From NCBI GenBank assembly GCA_965661285.1, contig CBFIDD010000004.1:163328-227327 (forward strand): a stretch of 64,000 bases of DNA, written 5' to 3'. The DNA is from Poseidonia sp. GTDB taxonomy: Archaea; Thermoplasmatota; Poseidoniia; Poseidoniales; Poseidoniaceae. How positions within the stretch are numbered: position 1 is the stretch's first letter; the number at the start of each line of letters is the position of its first letter. Positions 49,923 to 59,214 of this stretch are shown one piece after another. The notes below the pieces were generated by a model. It made no database searches, had not been told where the DNA came from, and was given only the letters and a program-made list of their open reading frames with translations. The position numbers and the translations under genes were made by a program.

Positions 49923-50128
49923 GAATCGCCCTTCACAAGGCCCTATTTCAAACCTTTTCCGGCAAAGTGTGTATGTTTCATGAACCTAAATCAATAATTA
50001 GGGTCGTAATCAAGAAAAATCCCACTGAAAACAAGCACACTTATTCAACAGCATTTTCCTCGGAAGCGTTTGAAAAAACCCGTTTGATTCAAGGGGCGAC
50101 TTGGCTTCGCCAGCGTTGAGGGACCTCC

Positions 50129-51382
50129 ATGGAAGGACACATTTCCGGCCTCGATTCGCGCATGGTGTTGGACAGTCGCGGTCAGCCCACCGTCGAAGTT
50201 GACTGCTTTGTTGATGGCAACCTCTTGGGGAGAGCCATCGTGCCTTCGGGCGCTTCCACGGGCGCCTACGAGGCTCTCGAATTGCGCGACGGGGACGCCA
50301 GCATGTACCTCGGCAAAGGGGTCACAAAAGCGGTCAACAACGTCAATGACCACCTGGAGGAAGCTCTGGTCGGATTGCCGGTGGATGAACAACGGGTCAT
50401 TGACGAAGTGATGATTGAACTTGACGGCACGCCCAACAAATCCAAGTTGGGTGCCAACGCCATGCTTGGTGCCTCGATGGCTTGTCTCCATGCTGGTGCT
50501 GCCTTCCACGAACTTCCTTTGTGGAAGTATGTGGGCGGTGTTGCGGGAGGGCTGATGCCCGTGCCCATGTTGAACATCCTGAACGGCGGGGCTCATGCTG
50601 CATCCAACGTTGATGTGCAAGAATTTATGGTCATGCCTCACGGCTTTGACACCTTTCAAGAAGCCCTGCGAGCCGGTGTTGAAACCTACCATGCTCTCAA
50701 AGCGGAGCTCAAGAACGACGGTCTTCTCGGTGGCATCGGTGATGAAGGTGGCTTTGCTCCCAATTTGCCAGCGAACGAAGACGGTCTGAAGTACATGGTG
50801 CGTGCCATCGAAGGCGCTGGATATTCCACTGAAGAAATCGGCATCGCTCTGGATGTCGCTTCCACTGAATTCCTCAAGGACGATGGCTATCATATGGATG
50901 GCCGGGTGCTTTCTTCGGACGATCTCGTCGAAATGTACGGCGGGTGGTTGGATGAATACCCCATTTTGTCCATTGAGGACGGCTTCGGTGAGGATGACTG
51001 GCGAGGTTGGGCTGCGTTCACCAAGGCGTACGGTCACCGCGTCCAGACGGTCGGCGACGACCTGTTCGTAACCCAATCGGAACGTCTGTCCCAAGGGATT
51101 GAACTCGGCGCTGCGAATGCGATGCTGGTGAAAGTCAACCAGGTAGGAACGGTCTCGGAAACGCTGGAAGCGATGGACCTTGCCTCGAGCAACGGCATGA
51201 ACAATGTCGTGTCCCATCGAAGCGGAGAATCCGAAGACGTCACCATTGCTGACTTTGCCGTTGGGACGCGTGCAGGCCAAATCAAAACCGGTGCCCCTGC
51301 CCGGTCAGACCGTGTTGCGAAATACAACCAATTGTTGCGAATTGCAGCAGATGTTCACGAATACCGCTCCCCGTTCAGTTAA
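50129..51382 (+). CDS. eno: Enolase
   Basis: LDSRGQPTVE, VPSGASTG, LGANA, GDEGGFAP, VGDDLFVT, KVNQVG, SHRSGESED, GQIKTG, RVAKYNQLLRI. Confidence 0.98.
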   Translation: MEGHISGLDSRMVLDSRGQPTVEVDCFVDGNLLGRAIVPSGASTGAYEALELRDGDASMYLGKGVTKAVNNVNDHLEEALVGLPVDEQRVIDEVMIELDGTPNKSKLGANAMLGASMACLHAGAAFHELPLWKYVGGVAGGLMPVPMLNILNGGAHAASNVDVQEFMVMPHGFDTFQEALRAGVETYHALKAELKNDGLLGGIGDEGGFAPNLPANEDGLKYMVRAIEGAGYSTEEIGIALDVASTEFLKDDGYHMDGRVLSSDDLVEMYGGWLDEYPILSIEDGFGEDDWRGWAAFTKAYGHRVQTVGDDLFVTQSERLSQGIELGAANAMLVKVNQVGTVSETLEAMDLASSNGMNNVVSHRSGESEDVTIADFAVGTRAGQIKTGAPARSDRVAKYNQLLRIAADVHEYRSPFS

Positions 51383-51408
51383 TTCCTCTCGGGCGGAGAT
51401 GAAATCCC

Positions 51409-51657
51409 ATGGATTACGCGTGGTACTCCCTTTCTCTGGTGTTGTCGTTCGCCATCGCACGATGGGTTACCGAGAATTTCAAATTTCATCTCCGAACAAC
51501 GAATGTTTGGGTCCATCATTGGATTCTTGCACTGGTCGGAATGGTCATTCTCCTCTGCCTGAGTGTGGATGAGTCATGGGTTTGGGGAGCGGTTACCGGT
51601 GTCGCCCTCGAGGGCCTCCGCCGAGATCAATGGTCCATTCTTCGCAGAACGAAGTGA
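51409..51657 (+). CDS. Small membrane protein
   Basis: 82 aa with three hydrophobic segments and a WVHHW motif. Confidence 0.6.
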   Translation: MDYAWYSLSLVLSFAIARWVTENFKFHLRTTNVWVHHWILALVGMVILLCLSVDESWVWGAVTGVALEGLRRDQWSILRRTK

Positions 51658-51728
51658 CGCTCCTGGGGGTCGCACAAGCCCCAAGGAAAAAACCGCGCCT
51701 TAAGTAGACCCGAAATCGGGGGGTTGGC

Positions 51729-53297
51729 ATGAACCGTGCGATTACGCTTCTTATCGTAGCCTGCCTCAGCCTCTCCACCGTGACGTTCGGTGTTGCCGCT
51801 GATGAAACCCAAGACATTCCCGCTAACGCCGCAGCCACGGGCTCGCACGATGCACTCGTGGCAGCGCTCACACACGCCGGCCTGGTCGAGACCCTCCAAG
51901 GCGACGGACCGTTCACGGTCTTCGCTCCAACCGACGCTGCCTTTGAGGCCGCTGGTATCAACCTGGACAACTTCACCACCGACGAGGCCAATGCAACCCT
52001 CTCTGACATTCTCCTCTACCACGTGGTGGAAGGTGCAGTCGATGCAGCCAACGTCTCCGACGGCATGGTGGCCACCATGGTGAACGGGGACAACGCCACG
52101 TTCACCGTCGACAATGGCACGGTCATGATCAACGGCGCAACGGTCACCGCTACGGACGTCATCGCCAGCAACGGTATCATCCACGTGATTGACACCGTCC
52201 TCACACCCCCTGCCGACGAGCCCGCTCCACAAGGTCCGCCCGGCGTCATCTGCTACAATGTCGTGACCCACACCATTGTGGTGGGCGCTGACGAAGCCAC
52301 CTGTGGCGCATACATGTACCTCGAGGACTCTGAGATGAACGGACAGAACGTGACCGGATGCTACAACAGCATCACCCACGCCTTCGCCAACGTCAGCCAA
52401 GCAGTTTGTGAAGGATACATGTGGGTTCCGCCCGTCAACATCGCCATGACGGCCCAAGCAACCACCGTTCACACCTCCCTCGTGGCAGCCCTCACCAAGG
52501 CAGACTTGGTGGCAACCGTCAGCGGAACGGACAATTACACTGTCTTCGCACCCAGCGACGATGCCTTTGCGGCTGCAGGTATCGACTTGGACGCCTACGA
52601 AACCGAAGAACAAATCGCAGCACTTGCTGACATCCTCCTCTATCACGTCGTGGCCGGTACCGTCCAGTCCGCCGACATCGCTGCAGGCACCAGCACCGTG
52701 GTTGCGGCCAACGGAGACGACCTGACCATCGTTTCTGGTGAGGCCGGCGTGACCGTCAACGGAGCCAATGTCACCATCGTAGATGTGCCTGCCTCAAACG
52801 GTGTCATCCACGTCATCGATCAGGTTCTGTTGCCACCTGCAGACGAGCCAGTTGAGGTTGATCCGTTCGAAGGCATCGATTGTGCGGCCACTGTTGGTGT
52901 CGACGGCACCGCCTTCAGCCCCACCGTCGTGAACATCGCAGTGGGCGAGACCGTTTGTTGGTACTGGGAAGATGCCAGCATGCCTCACAACGTGAAGCAA
53001 GTTGACGGCTTCAAATCCACCACCTACGTTGAGAACGGCGTCACCTCCGGCGAAGCAGCCTCAACCGTCGCCTTTTCCCACACCTTCACCGAAGACACCA
53101 CCTTTTACTATGCATGTGAACCGCACATTGCCATGGACATGTTCGGCGAAGTGGTCGTCGGTGACGGTGCCCCGGAACCCGCATCTGAACCCGAGGAGGA
53201 GAACGAGGACACCCCCGGCTTCATGCTTGTCTCAACCGTGGTAGCCGTGATCGGTGCCTTGGCCTTGATGGGTCGACAAAACCGACGAAATCTCTGA
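51729..53297 (+). CDS. Surface protein: two fasciclin (FAS1) domains + cupredoxin domain + PGF-type C-terminal anchor
   Basis: Signal peptide; two TVFAP(T/S)D...LLYHVV...ASNG(I/V)IHVID units; type-1 Cu ligands PHNV...CEPH...M; TPGF-TM-basic tail. Confidence 0.88.
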   Translation: MNRAITLLIVACLSLSTVTFGVAADETQDIPANAAATGSHDALVAALTHAGLVETLQGDGPFTVFAPTDAAFEAAGINLDNFTTDEANATLSDILLYHVVEGAVDAANVSDGMVATMVNGDNATFTVDNGTVMINGATVTATDVIASNGIIHVIDTVLTPPADEPAPQGPPGVICYNVVTHTIVVGADEATCGAYMYLEDSEMNGQNVTGCYNSITHAFANVSQAVCEGYMWVPPVNIAMTAQATTVHTSLVAALTKADLVATVSGTDNYTVFAPSDDAFAAAGIDLDAYETEEQIAALADILLYHVVAGTVQSADIAAGTSTVVAANGDDLTIVSGEAGVTVNGANVTIVDVPASNGVIHVIDQVLLPPADEPVEVDPFEGIDCAATVGVDGTAFSPTVVNIAVGETVCWYWEDASMPHNVKQVDGFKSTTYVENGVTSGEAASTVAFSHTFTEDTTFYYACEPHIAMDMFGEVVVGDGAPEPASEPEEENEDTPGFMLVSTVVAVIGALALMGRQNRRNL

Positions 53298-53312
53298 GGT
53301 TGGGCCGCACCG

Positions 53313-54227
53313 ATGTTCAAGCGACTGGCGTCGGCCGGCCTTCTTGCCGTGGTGGTTATCGTCGCCGTGTGGGCGTCGCTCGTGGTCAACTACGAGGACG
53401 ACCTTGGCACAGACAACACCGTACAAGTCACACTTGGCGAGAATTTGACCGGCGGCTCCTCTGACGGACTTGCCACGCTCAGCTTCGAAGCCGGCGCAGA
53501 ACCACTGCTTTGGTCATCTCTGACCATTGAGGTTGATGTGGACGGCACGACCAACGCCTGTGGTTTTGGGGCCCAGTCAGCCGATGCGGAGGCGTCGGCC
53601 AAGGTACAACCCCGACTGGGTGCTGATGGGCTGACATTTACGACCGTCGTGGATGCCACCGACGAGACGTCTTTCACGCATTTCTCGCTCCCACATCAAA
53701 AAGTTGGGAACGAATCCAACCACACGATGAGGTTTTCAAAAACCGATGTGTTCCTTGGAAGCGACGTTTCGTGGGCGTTCATTGAGGACACCTCTTTTGA
53801 GGACATCGCCGAACTTGGAGACACCGGGCTGAGCAACGACACGACGGAACGGCTTGAGTGGTACGATTACGATCTGGCCGTCCACCGCGTCAATCCCAAG
53901 ACCGGCGTGTATGTCTTGATGGTTCAAGACATGGTCTACAAAGTTCAGTTCGTGAGTTATTACAACGACGCCGATGAAAGCCGCCATCCCACCATGCGTA
54001 TTGCAACCCTGAACAGCAGTTCTTTCCCAGCACTCAGCGACCCTGCCCTGGTTTCACCGTCCCCCTGCCTCATCTTAGCGGGAGATGATGATTCGGTGTA
54101 CTGGAACGCTACGGAATACATAGAGCTCATTGAACATGATATCGACTTCGCTTCGGCCGGGTCGAGTGTCTCCGTAACCGTTGCTTACGAAGGTCGTAGC
54201 GTACGAATTGTTGAAAATCAGGGATGA
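53313..54227 (+). CDS. Membrane-anchored protein with HmuY-like segment
   Basis: N-terminal TM helix; WYDYDLAVHRVNP...VYVL...YKVQFVSYYND...PTMRIA resembles the HmuY C-terminal core. Confidence 0.55.
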   Translation: MFKRLASAGLLAVVVIVAVWASLVVNYEDDLGTDNTVQVTLGENLTGGSSDGLATLSFEAGAEPLLWSSLTIEVDVDGTTNACGFGAQSADAEASAKVQPRLGADGLTFTTVVDATDETSFTHFSLPHQKVGNESNHTMRFSKTDVFLGSDVSWAFIEDTSFEDIAELGDTGLSNDTTERLEWYDYDLAVHRVNPKTGVYVLMVQDMVYKVQFVSYYNDADESRHPTMRIATLNSSSFPALSDPALVSPSPCLILAGDDDSVYWNATEYIELIEHDIDFASAGSSVSVTVAYEGRSVRIVENQG

Positions 54228-55303
54228 GGGTTCGCAGTATGATGCGACGACAACTCCTCGCCGCGGTGTTGTTTCTCATCGCCCTTCTCGTTGTGCGACA
54301 ACTCTACCCCTATGTTTCAGGAAACGAACCCACCGTTGTCGACGGCTACGAGGTCAATCGTGTTGCTTCGGACTTGGGGGGGCCGACCTGCTTGGTTTGG
54401 GCCAATGAAACGTATCTTTTGATTTGCGATAGAGATCGGGGCGCCATCACAGAACTCGACATCACGACTGACCAGCGTCGAACGTTGTTGAGCGGGTTGG
54501 ACCGGCCGCACGGTTTGGCACTCAACGGCGATCAGGCCTTTGTTTCAGAGGCAGGAAAACTCACCGCTTACACGGTCGCTCAGGACGGCCTTTTTGTCCA
54601 ACCGAACGTGTTGGTTGATGGAATCCCCGTCGGCAATCACCAAACCAACACGGTTGAGGTTCTCCCGAACGGCACCCTCCTTTGGCACAGCGGCTCTACA
54701 TGTAACGTCTGCGATGAACAAGACGAACGAAACGCAGCCCTGCTCTGGGTGAATGCGTCCACCGGTGAGCACGGCATCTTCGCAAGCGGTGTGCGAAACT
54801 CCTTTGATGGGGTTTGGGTTGATGGCCACGGGTATTTCTTCACGGACAACGGCCGGGACTGGGACGGCGACCACCCGCCCGAAGAACTGAATTTCATGAT
54901 CGAGGGTGCTGCCTACGGATGGCCAGACGATGAGCCCGATACGCCTGTTCCTGTTGGAACCGAGGCTCCGGTTGGAGCGTGGACGCCGCACACGTCCATG
55001 AACGGCATTGACCTGCGGCCGGTACACTCCTCACTTCCCGGGCTTTCTTCTGCTGAAGGGTTTACGCTCTACGCCACCGTGTACGGCTCCTGGAATACAC
55101 TGCTTCCCCAAGGCCACGAAATTCTCAGAATCGATGTGTTCCCCGGCGAAGATGAAGGCGTCTACACCACTGAAATCACGCGGTTTGCATGGGATGCGGG
55201 CACACCGTTGCCGCTGACATTTCATCCCGACGGAACGCTGTACTACGCCATCTTTGGTGGTGGGGGCTCACTGTACACCATCACCGAGTCATCGCTTGGA
55301 TAG
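54224..55303 (+). CDS. Glucose/sorbosone dehydrogenase-family (PQQ-type) beta-propeller
   Basis: N-terminal anchor; LSGLDRPHGLA, HQT, GSTCNVCDE, GVRNSF, TDNGRD, PPEELN, YGWP, HTS. Confidence 0.82.
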   Translation: MRVRSMMRRQLLAAVLFLIALLVVRQLYPYVSGNEPTVVDGYEVNRVASDLGGPTCLVWANETYLLICDRDRGAITELDITTDQRRTLLSGLDRPHGLALNGDQAFVSEAGKLTAYTVAQDGLFVQPNVLVDGIPVGNHQTNTVEVLPNGTLLWHSGSTCNVCDEQDERNAALLWVNASTGEHGIFASGVRNSFDGVWVDGHGYFFTDNGRDWDGDHPPEELNFMIEGAAYGWPDDEPDTPVPVGTEAPVGAWTPHTSMNGIDLRPVHSSLPGLSSAEGFTLYATVYGSWNTLLPQGHEILRIDVFPGEDEGVYTTEITRFAWDAGTPLPLTFHPDGTLYYAIFGGGGSLYTITESSLG

Positions 55304-55311
55304 AAGCGGCA

Positions 55312-55977
55312 TCACGCCAGTCGATGAGCCAGCGCTTCAACCGCCTCTCCGGGTTGCGCCAGCGACCTGATGTAGCGTGCGACGGTATGGTTGGACTGCT
55401 CAAGGTCGACAAAATCGCCACACCATTCCAGGTCCGTCTCCGGGGCCGGCTTTGATGAAGCGGGCGACTCAACGGTCCAAACCGAACAACCGCTTCCGTC
55501 TCCGGAAGCCACTTGTAAGCACCACGGTGCGGGTGCAATCCCGTGATCACCGCTCAAATGATGGCGCTGGATGAAACGGACGATGCAATCGTCAACGATG
55601 TGAAGAAGGCCCGCCTCGTTCAGCATCTCCAACACGCCTTCGTGTTCTGAACCCGGCTGGAACCATAGCAACGGCATGTCTTCCTGTTCAAATCTCATGA
55701 TGAGTTCCAAAACGGCTTGTTTTGCTCGTTCAGGGGCAAGGAAAAACACGACGACCTCCGGGCGAATACCGTCTTCAATGGAGGTCCGAATCGGCCGACC
55801 GAGAATGGCGCCGCCTGCGTCCCTCGGGTGAATCGGTACCAAACGCCAACCCTTGCCGTCCAAGTCGTGAATCGCTTGATGCGCAGGGCGCTCGGGCTTG
55901 AGGCCTGCACCCAAGATGTGAATCGTCGAGGCGCTTTGGACCATCCCTTGAATGGCCGGGTGAGCGTCTCGAAGCAT
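55312..55977 (-). CDS. CoA-binding protein (YccU-like) with C-terminal extension
   Basis: IHILGAGLKPERPAH, LVPIHP, LWFQPGSE, IVDDCI. Confidence 0.75.
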   Translation of the reverse strand: MLRDAHPAIQGMVQSASTIHILGAGLKPERPAHQAIHDLDGKGWRLVPIHPRDAGGAILGRPIRTSIEDGIRPEVVVFFLAPERAKQAVLELIMRFEQEDMPLLWFQPGSEHEGVLEMLNEAGLLHIVDDCIVRFIQRHHLSGDHGIAPAPWCLQVASGDGSGCSVWTVESPASSKPAPETDLEWCGDFVDLEQSNHTVARYIRSLAQPGEAVEALAHRLA

Positions 55978-56032
55978 GGTTATTTTTCAGAGCCATCCCT
56001 TTTCAAACGATGTTCAATCCCCAAAACAGCAG

Positions 56033-56039
56033 TATAAAA
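56033..56039 (+). promoter_or_regulatory. TATA box of the SDR-oxidoreductase-Rieske operon
   Basis: TATAAAA ends about 24 nt before ATG 56063, consistent with a leaderless transcript. Confidence 0.6.
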
Positions 56040-56062
56040 GTGACATGAAGTGTAATGAATAC

Positions 56063-56794
56063 ATGAGCAAATCATTTCTTTTGGTTGGTGGGAGCAGCGA
56101 TATCGCACGCCACTTGGCGACGTTGCTTCTGGACGAAGGACATCACGTGACCCTTCTCGCTCGAGACGCAGAACGTGTCGCAGACCTCGTCCAGCGGGGA
56201 GCGATGTTCGTTCAAGGCGACGCTCTTAATGAATCGACCGTCCAAAGCGCCGTGGCCCAAGCAGCCGAACAATGTGAAGACGGCCTCTCTGGCATGGCGC
56301 ACTTGGTGGGCTCCATCGCCCTGCGACCCCCTCATGCCACAAAACTAGATGATTTCACGGCCGTGCTTCACACCAATCTCATCTCTGCTTTTCTCGCCCT
56401 CAAGACCGCCGGAAAGGCGATGCTCAAGCGGGGAACCGGGCGCATGGTCTTCACGTCCAGCGTCGCCGGTAGCTACGGGCTGACCAATCACGAAGCCATC
56501 GCTGCTGCCAAGGGCGGCATCGAAGCCATGGTCCGTTCGGCCGCATCAACGTACGCTCAGCGCGGTCTTCGGGTCAATGCGGTGGCCCCGGGCTTGACCG
56601 AGACCCGCCTCGGTGCGACCGTGCTGCGGTCGGACGCCATCCGAGAAGCCTCGGTCGGTATGATTCCCCTCAAGCGCATCAATGAACCGGAGGAAATTGC
56701 CCAAAGCATGCATTGGCTGCTCACGGGAGCTCCTGACAATTTGACCGGTCAAGTTCTCCACCTCGACGGCGGCATGTCAAACATCCGAGGTTAA
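56063..56794 (+). CDS. Atypical short-chain dehydrogenase/reductase
   Basis: VGGSSDIA, VFTSS, HEAIAAAKGG (IxxxK in place of YxxxK), RVNAVAPG, TGQVLHLDGG. Confidence 0.88.
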   Translation: MSKSFLLVGGSSDIARHLATLLLDEGHHVTLLARDAERVADLVQRGAMFVQGDALNESTVQSAVAQAAEQCEDGLSGMAHLVGSIALRPPHATKLDDFTAVLHTNLISAFLALKTAGKAMLKRGTGRMVFTSSVAGSYGLTNHEAIAAAKGGIEAMVRSAASTYAQRGLRVNAVAPGLTETRLGATVLRSDAIREASVGMIPLKRINEPEEIAQSMHWLLTGAPDNLTGQVLHLDGGMSNIRG

Positions 56795-56797
56795 GCC

Positions 56798-58042
56798 ATG
56801 GACATCGCCGTGGTCGGAGGCGGGCTTGCGGGGCTGGCTGTTGCGCTCGGTTGCGAGCAGGACGGTCACAACGTTACCCTGTATGAGGCGTCATCGGAAT
56901 TGGGTGGGCGGATGAAGACGCGCATCGAAAACAACCATCCCCTCGACGTCGGTTTCCATGTCCTCCACACGGCCTATTCCACCGTTCAACGCTGGATTGA
57001 CCTTGACGGGCTTCACGCCAAACCCATGGATGCTTGCACCATGACCATCGCGCCGTCTACTGGTCGCCGCCGTCTGTTGGGCGATGCGCTTCGCAACCCT
57101 CGGTACTTGCTCTCAACGCTCAAATCCGTGGGCATTGCTGACGGACTTCGATTTCTGCGATGGCGAATGAGCACCTCGTCTCGAGACCTCGAGCGAGGCA
57201 TGGACGCACCGTCGCCCACCATCGCAGAAGGGTTGCAGAAGCGGAACTTTCGCACTTCAACCCAGAACGTCTTGCGCCCACTCTTTGCAGGAATCACCCT
57301 CGACCCCACGCTTTCCGAACGCCTCGCTTTTGCAGACTTCACGTGGGGGGCCATGTCCCACGGCGACATGGTCATGCCCCGCGAGGGCATCGCTGCCGTA
57401 CCGCAGCAACTCGCTGCATCTCTCGGTTCCACCACGGTTCGATTGAACTCGCCTGTTGAAGCCATCACCGCAAAAAGTGTCGTGTCAAACGGGAACGAAG
57501 ACGGGTACGACCGCGTCGTTCTTGCGGTCCCACAACATGTTGCCTCCACCCTGCTCCCGGCATCAGCGGGCCGTCATCAACCCGAGGAGCGTTTAACGAC
57601 CACCGTGGTATTTGTCGCACCGCGCGCTCCGTTCACGCACGCACGCCTTCTCTTGAACGAAGAGTGGGGCATGGAAAACCAGCAGGTGCTTCATGTCCAC
57701 CTCCCCACGAATCTTCATCCGCATCCTGAGGGCGAGCACTGGGTGGTCGCAACGCTGGTGGGCGAGCATGCCAAAGCGGTTGACGTTCAGTCGGTCAAGG
57801 CTGAATTGTCAGCGTGGTTCGGTGACGCTGTTCAACAGTGGAGCCATTTGACGACGACCACCATGCGGCATGCCTTGCCGCACATCGACCCGAACCACCA
57901 TGCTCGAGTCATGCCGGAGATTGAACTCAACGGCGTCCTGTTGGCTGGCGACCATCGCGCCCACCCTTCCGTGCAGGGCACCCTTCGCAGTGCGGAGCGC
58001 GTGCTCGAGCATCTGAACATCCCACTCCCGAGGAGGCCCTGA
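56798..58042 (+). CDS. FAD-dependent oxidoreductase (amine oxidase / phytoene desaturase-like superfamily)
   Basis: VVGGGLAGL, YEASSELGGR, DVGFHVL, LAGDH...SVQGTLRSA. Confidence 0.85.
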   Translation: MDIAVVGGGLAGLAVALGCEQDGHNVTLYEASSELGGRMKTRIENNHPLDVGFHVLHTAYSTVQRWIDLDGLHAKPMDACTMTIAPSTGRRRLLGDALRNPRYLLSTLKSVGIADGLRFLRWRMSTSSRDLERGMDAPSPTIAEGLQKRNFRTSTQNVLRPLFAGITLDPTLSERLAFADFTWGAMSHGDMVMPREGIAAVPQQLAASLGSTTVRLNSPVEAITAKSVVSNGNEDGYDRVVLAVPQHVASTLLPASAGRHQPEERLTTTVVFVAPRAPFTHARLLLNEEWGMENQQVLHVHLPTNLHPHPEGEHWVVATLVGEHAKAVDVQSVKAELSAWFGDAVQQWSHLTTTTMRHALPHIDPNHHARVMPEIELNGVLLAGDHRAHPSVQGTLRSAERVLEHLNIPLPRRP

Positions 58043-58043
58043 T

Positions 58044-58400
58044 ATGACCTGGCATAACGTGATGAAATCAAACAAATTGAAACCTGGAAAAAAGAAGATG
58101 AAGATCGTCAAAGGTAAGATGATCATGGTGGGCCGTCAAGGTACAGCATTGTTCGCTACCGAAGCCCTGTGCCGCCATATGCGCTGGCCGCTCGCTTGGG
58201 GAGCGAAGGTCGAGGACGATTGTGTTCGCTGCCCGCTTCACCAGACGACGTACAACCTTGACGACGGGTCGGTCGTTGCGTGGTCGCCCTTCCCCTTGTT
58301 TCCCGCGTATGGAAAACTGTTGGGGGCCATGTCAAAGAAAAAGGATTTGAAAATCTACGATGTTCGAGACCACGAAGGCATGGTTCAAGTGAATTTTTGA
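58044..58400 (+). CDS. Rieske [2Fe-2S] ferredoxin
   Basis: CRH and CPLH ligand motifs. Confidence 0.88.
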   Translation: MTWHNVMKSNKLKPGKKKMKIVKGKMIMVGRQGTALFATEALCRHMRWPLAWGAKVEDDCVRCPLHQTTYNLDDGSVVAWSPFPLFPAYGKLLGAMSKKKDLKIYDVRDHEGMVQVNF

Positions 58401-58479
58401 CCCCCTGCGTCGGCCTATGTAGGATTGGTTAACAAGGACGGAAACCCCATCTGTTGCAGGGGGCAGCGATATCGAAGCG

Positions 58480-59214
58480 GTGATTGTCGTTGTTGGCCTC
58501 TTCGCTTGCGTCTTGGCTGCGGCCTTGACCGTGCCAGCAGGTTTTGGTTTGGCCACGATGACCACACCGCTGTTTCTGATTTGGTTTGAACCGCACCACG
58601 CCATCGCTGGCGTCGCCATCGTTCACGGCGCTCACAACGCCATGAAATCCCGTATGCTCAAGCAGCACATTGACCGGGATGCGCTGCGAAGGTTCGGCTG
58701 GGCTTTGCTCTTGGGCGCTCTGGTCGGAGCGCTTCTCCAAACCGTGATCCCTTCGGACCCGCTGTTGCTTCTTGTCGGGCTCGCCCTCATCGTGTTGCCT
58801 GTGTTGAAAATCAGCGAATCATGGACATCCATCCGGTTGCCTGAGGCTGAAGACCGTATCGGGGGCTTTGGTTCCGGTTTTCTTGGTGGCCTGACCGGGC
58901 ATCAAGGAGCACTTCGGGCCATGTTTCTGCGACAGCGCCTGCCCGATAAATCGGAATACGCAGCGACCGCAGCGGTTCTTGCGCTGGTCGTCGATGCGAC
59001 CCGAATCCCCATCTATTTGTGGAACGATGTTTCGGTTTTGACGGTGGACACGTTGTTGCTTGTTGGATTTGTTGTCGCCGCCCTCGTCGGTGCGCAAATC
59101 GGAAGGATTTGGCTGGAAAAATGGAAGAGCGACGACATCCAAAAGGGCATCATGGTGGGTCTTGTTCTCTCGGGTATTCTTTACGTGAGAGAGGCGCTTG
59201 TTGCGCTCTCATGA
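58480..59214 (+). CDS. TSUP (TauE/SafE) family membrane protein
   Basis: AGFG, GFGSGFLGGLTGHQGALR; about 8 TM segments. Confidence 0.82.
   Translation: MIVVVGLFACVLAAALTVPAGFGLATMTTPLFLIWFEPHHAIAGVAIVHGAHNAMKSRMLKQHIDRDALRRFGWALLLGALVGALLQTVIPSDPLLLLVGLALIVLPVLKISESWTSIRLPEAEDRIGGFGSGFLGGLTGHQGALRAMFLRQRLPDKSEYAATAAVLALVVDATRIPIYLWNDVSVLTVDTLLLVGFVVAALVGAQIGRIWLEKWKSDDIQKGIMVGLVLSGILYVREALVALS

Noticed and set aside
49977-49984. TTCATGAA shared between the lrp/eno and actin upstream regions as a common operator
   Set aside because: The 8-mer also occurs in coding sequence (e.g. 32301) and is too short to be significant.
51662-51692. Hairpin plus A-run as terminator of the eno region
   Set aside because: Imperfect stem, and the U-run would be on the minus strand while flanking genes are on plus; may simply be part of the fasciclin promoter.
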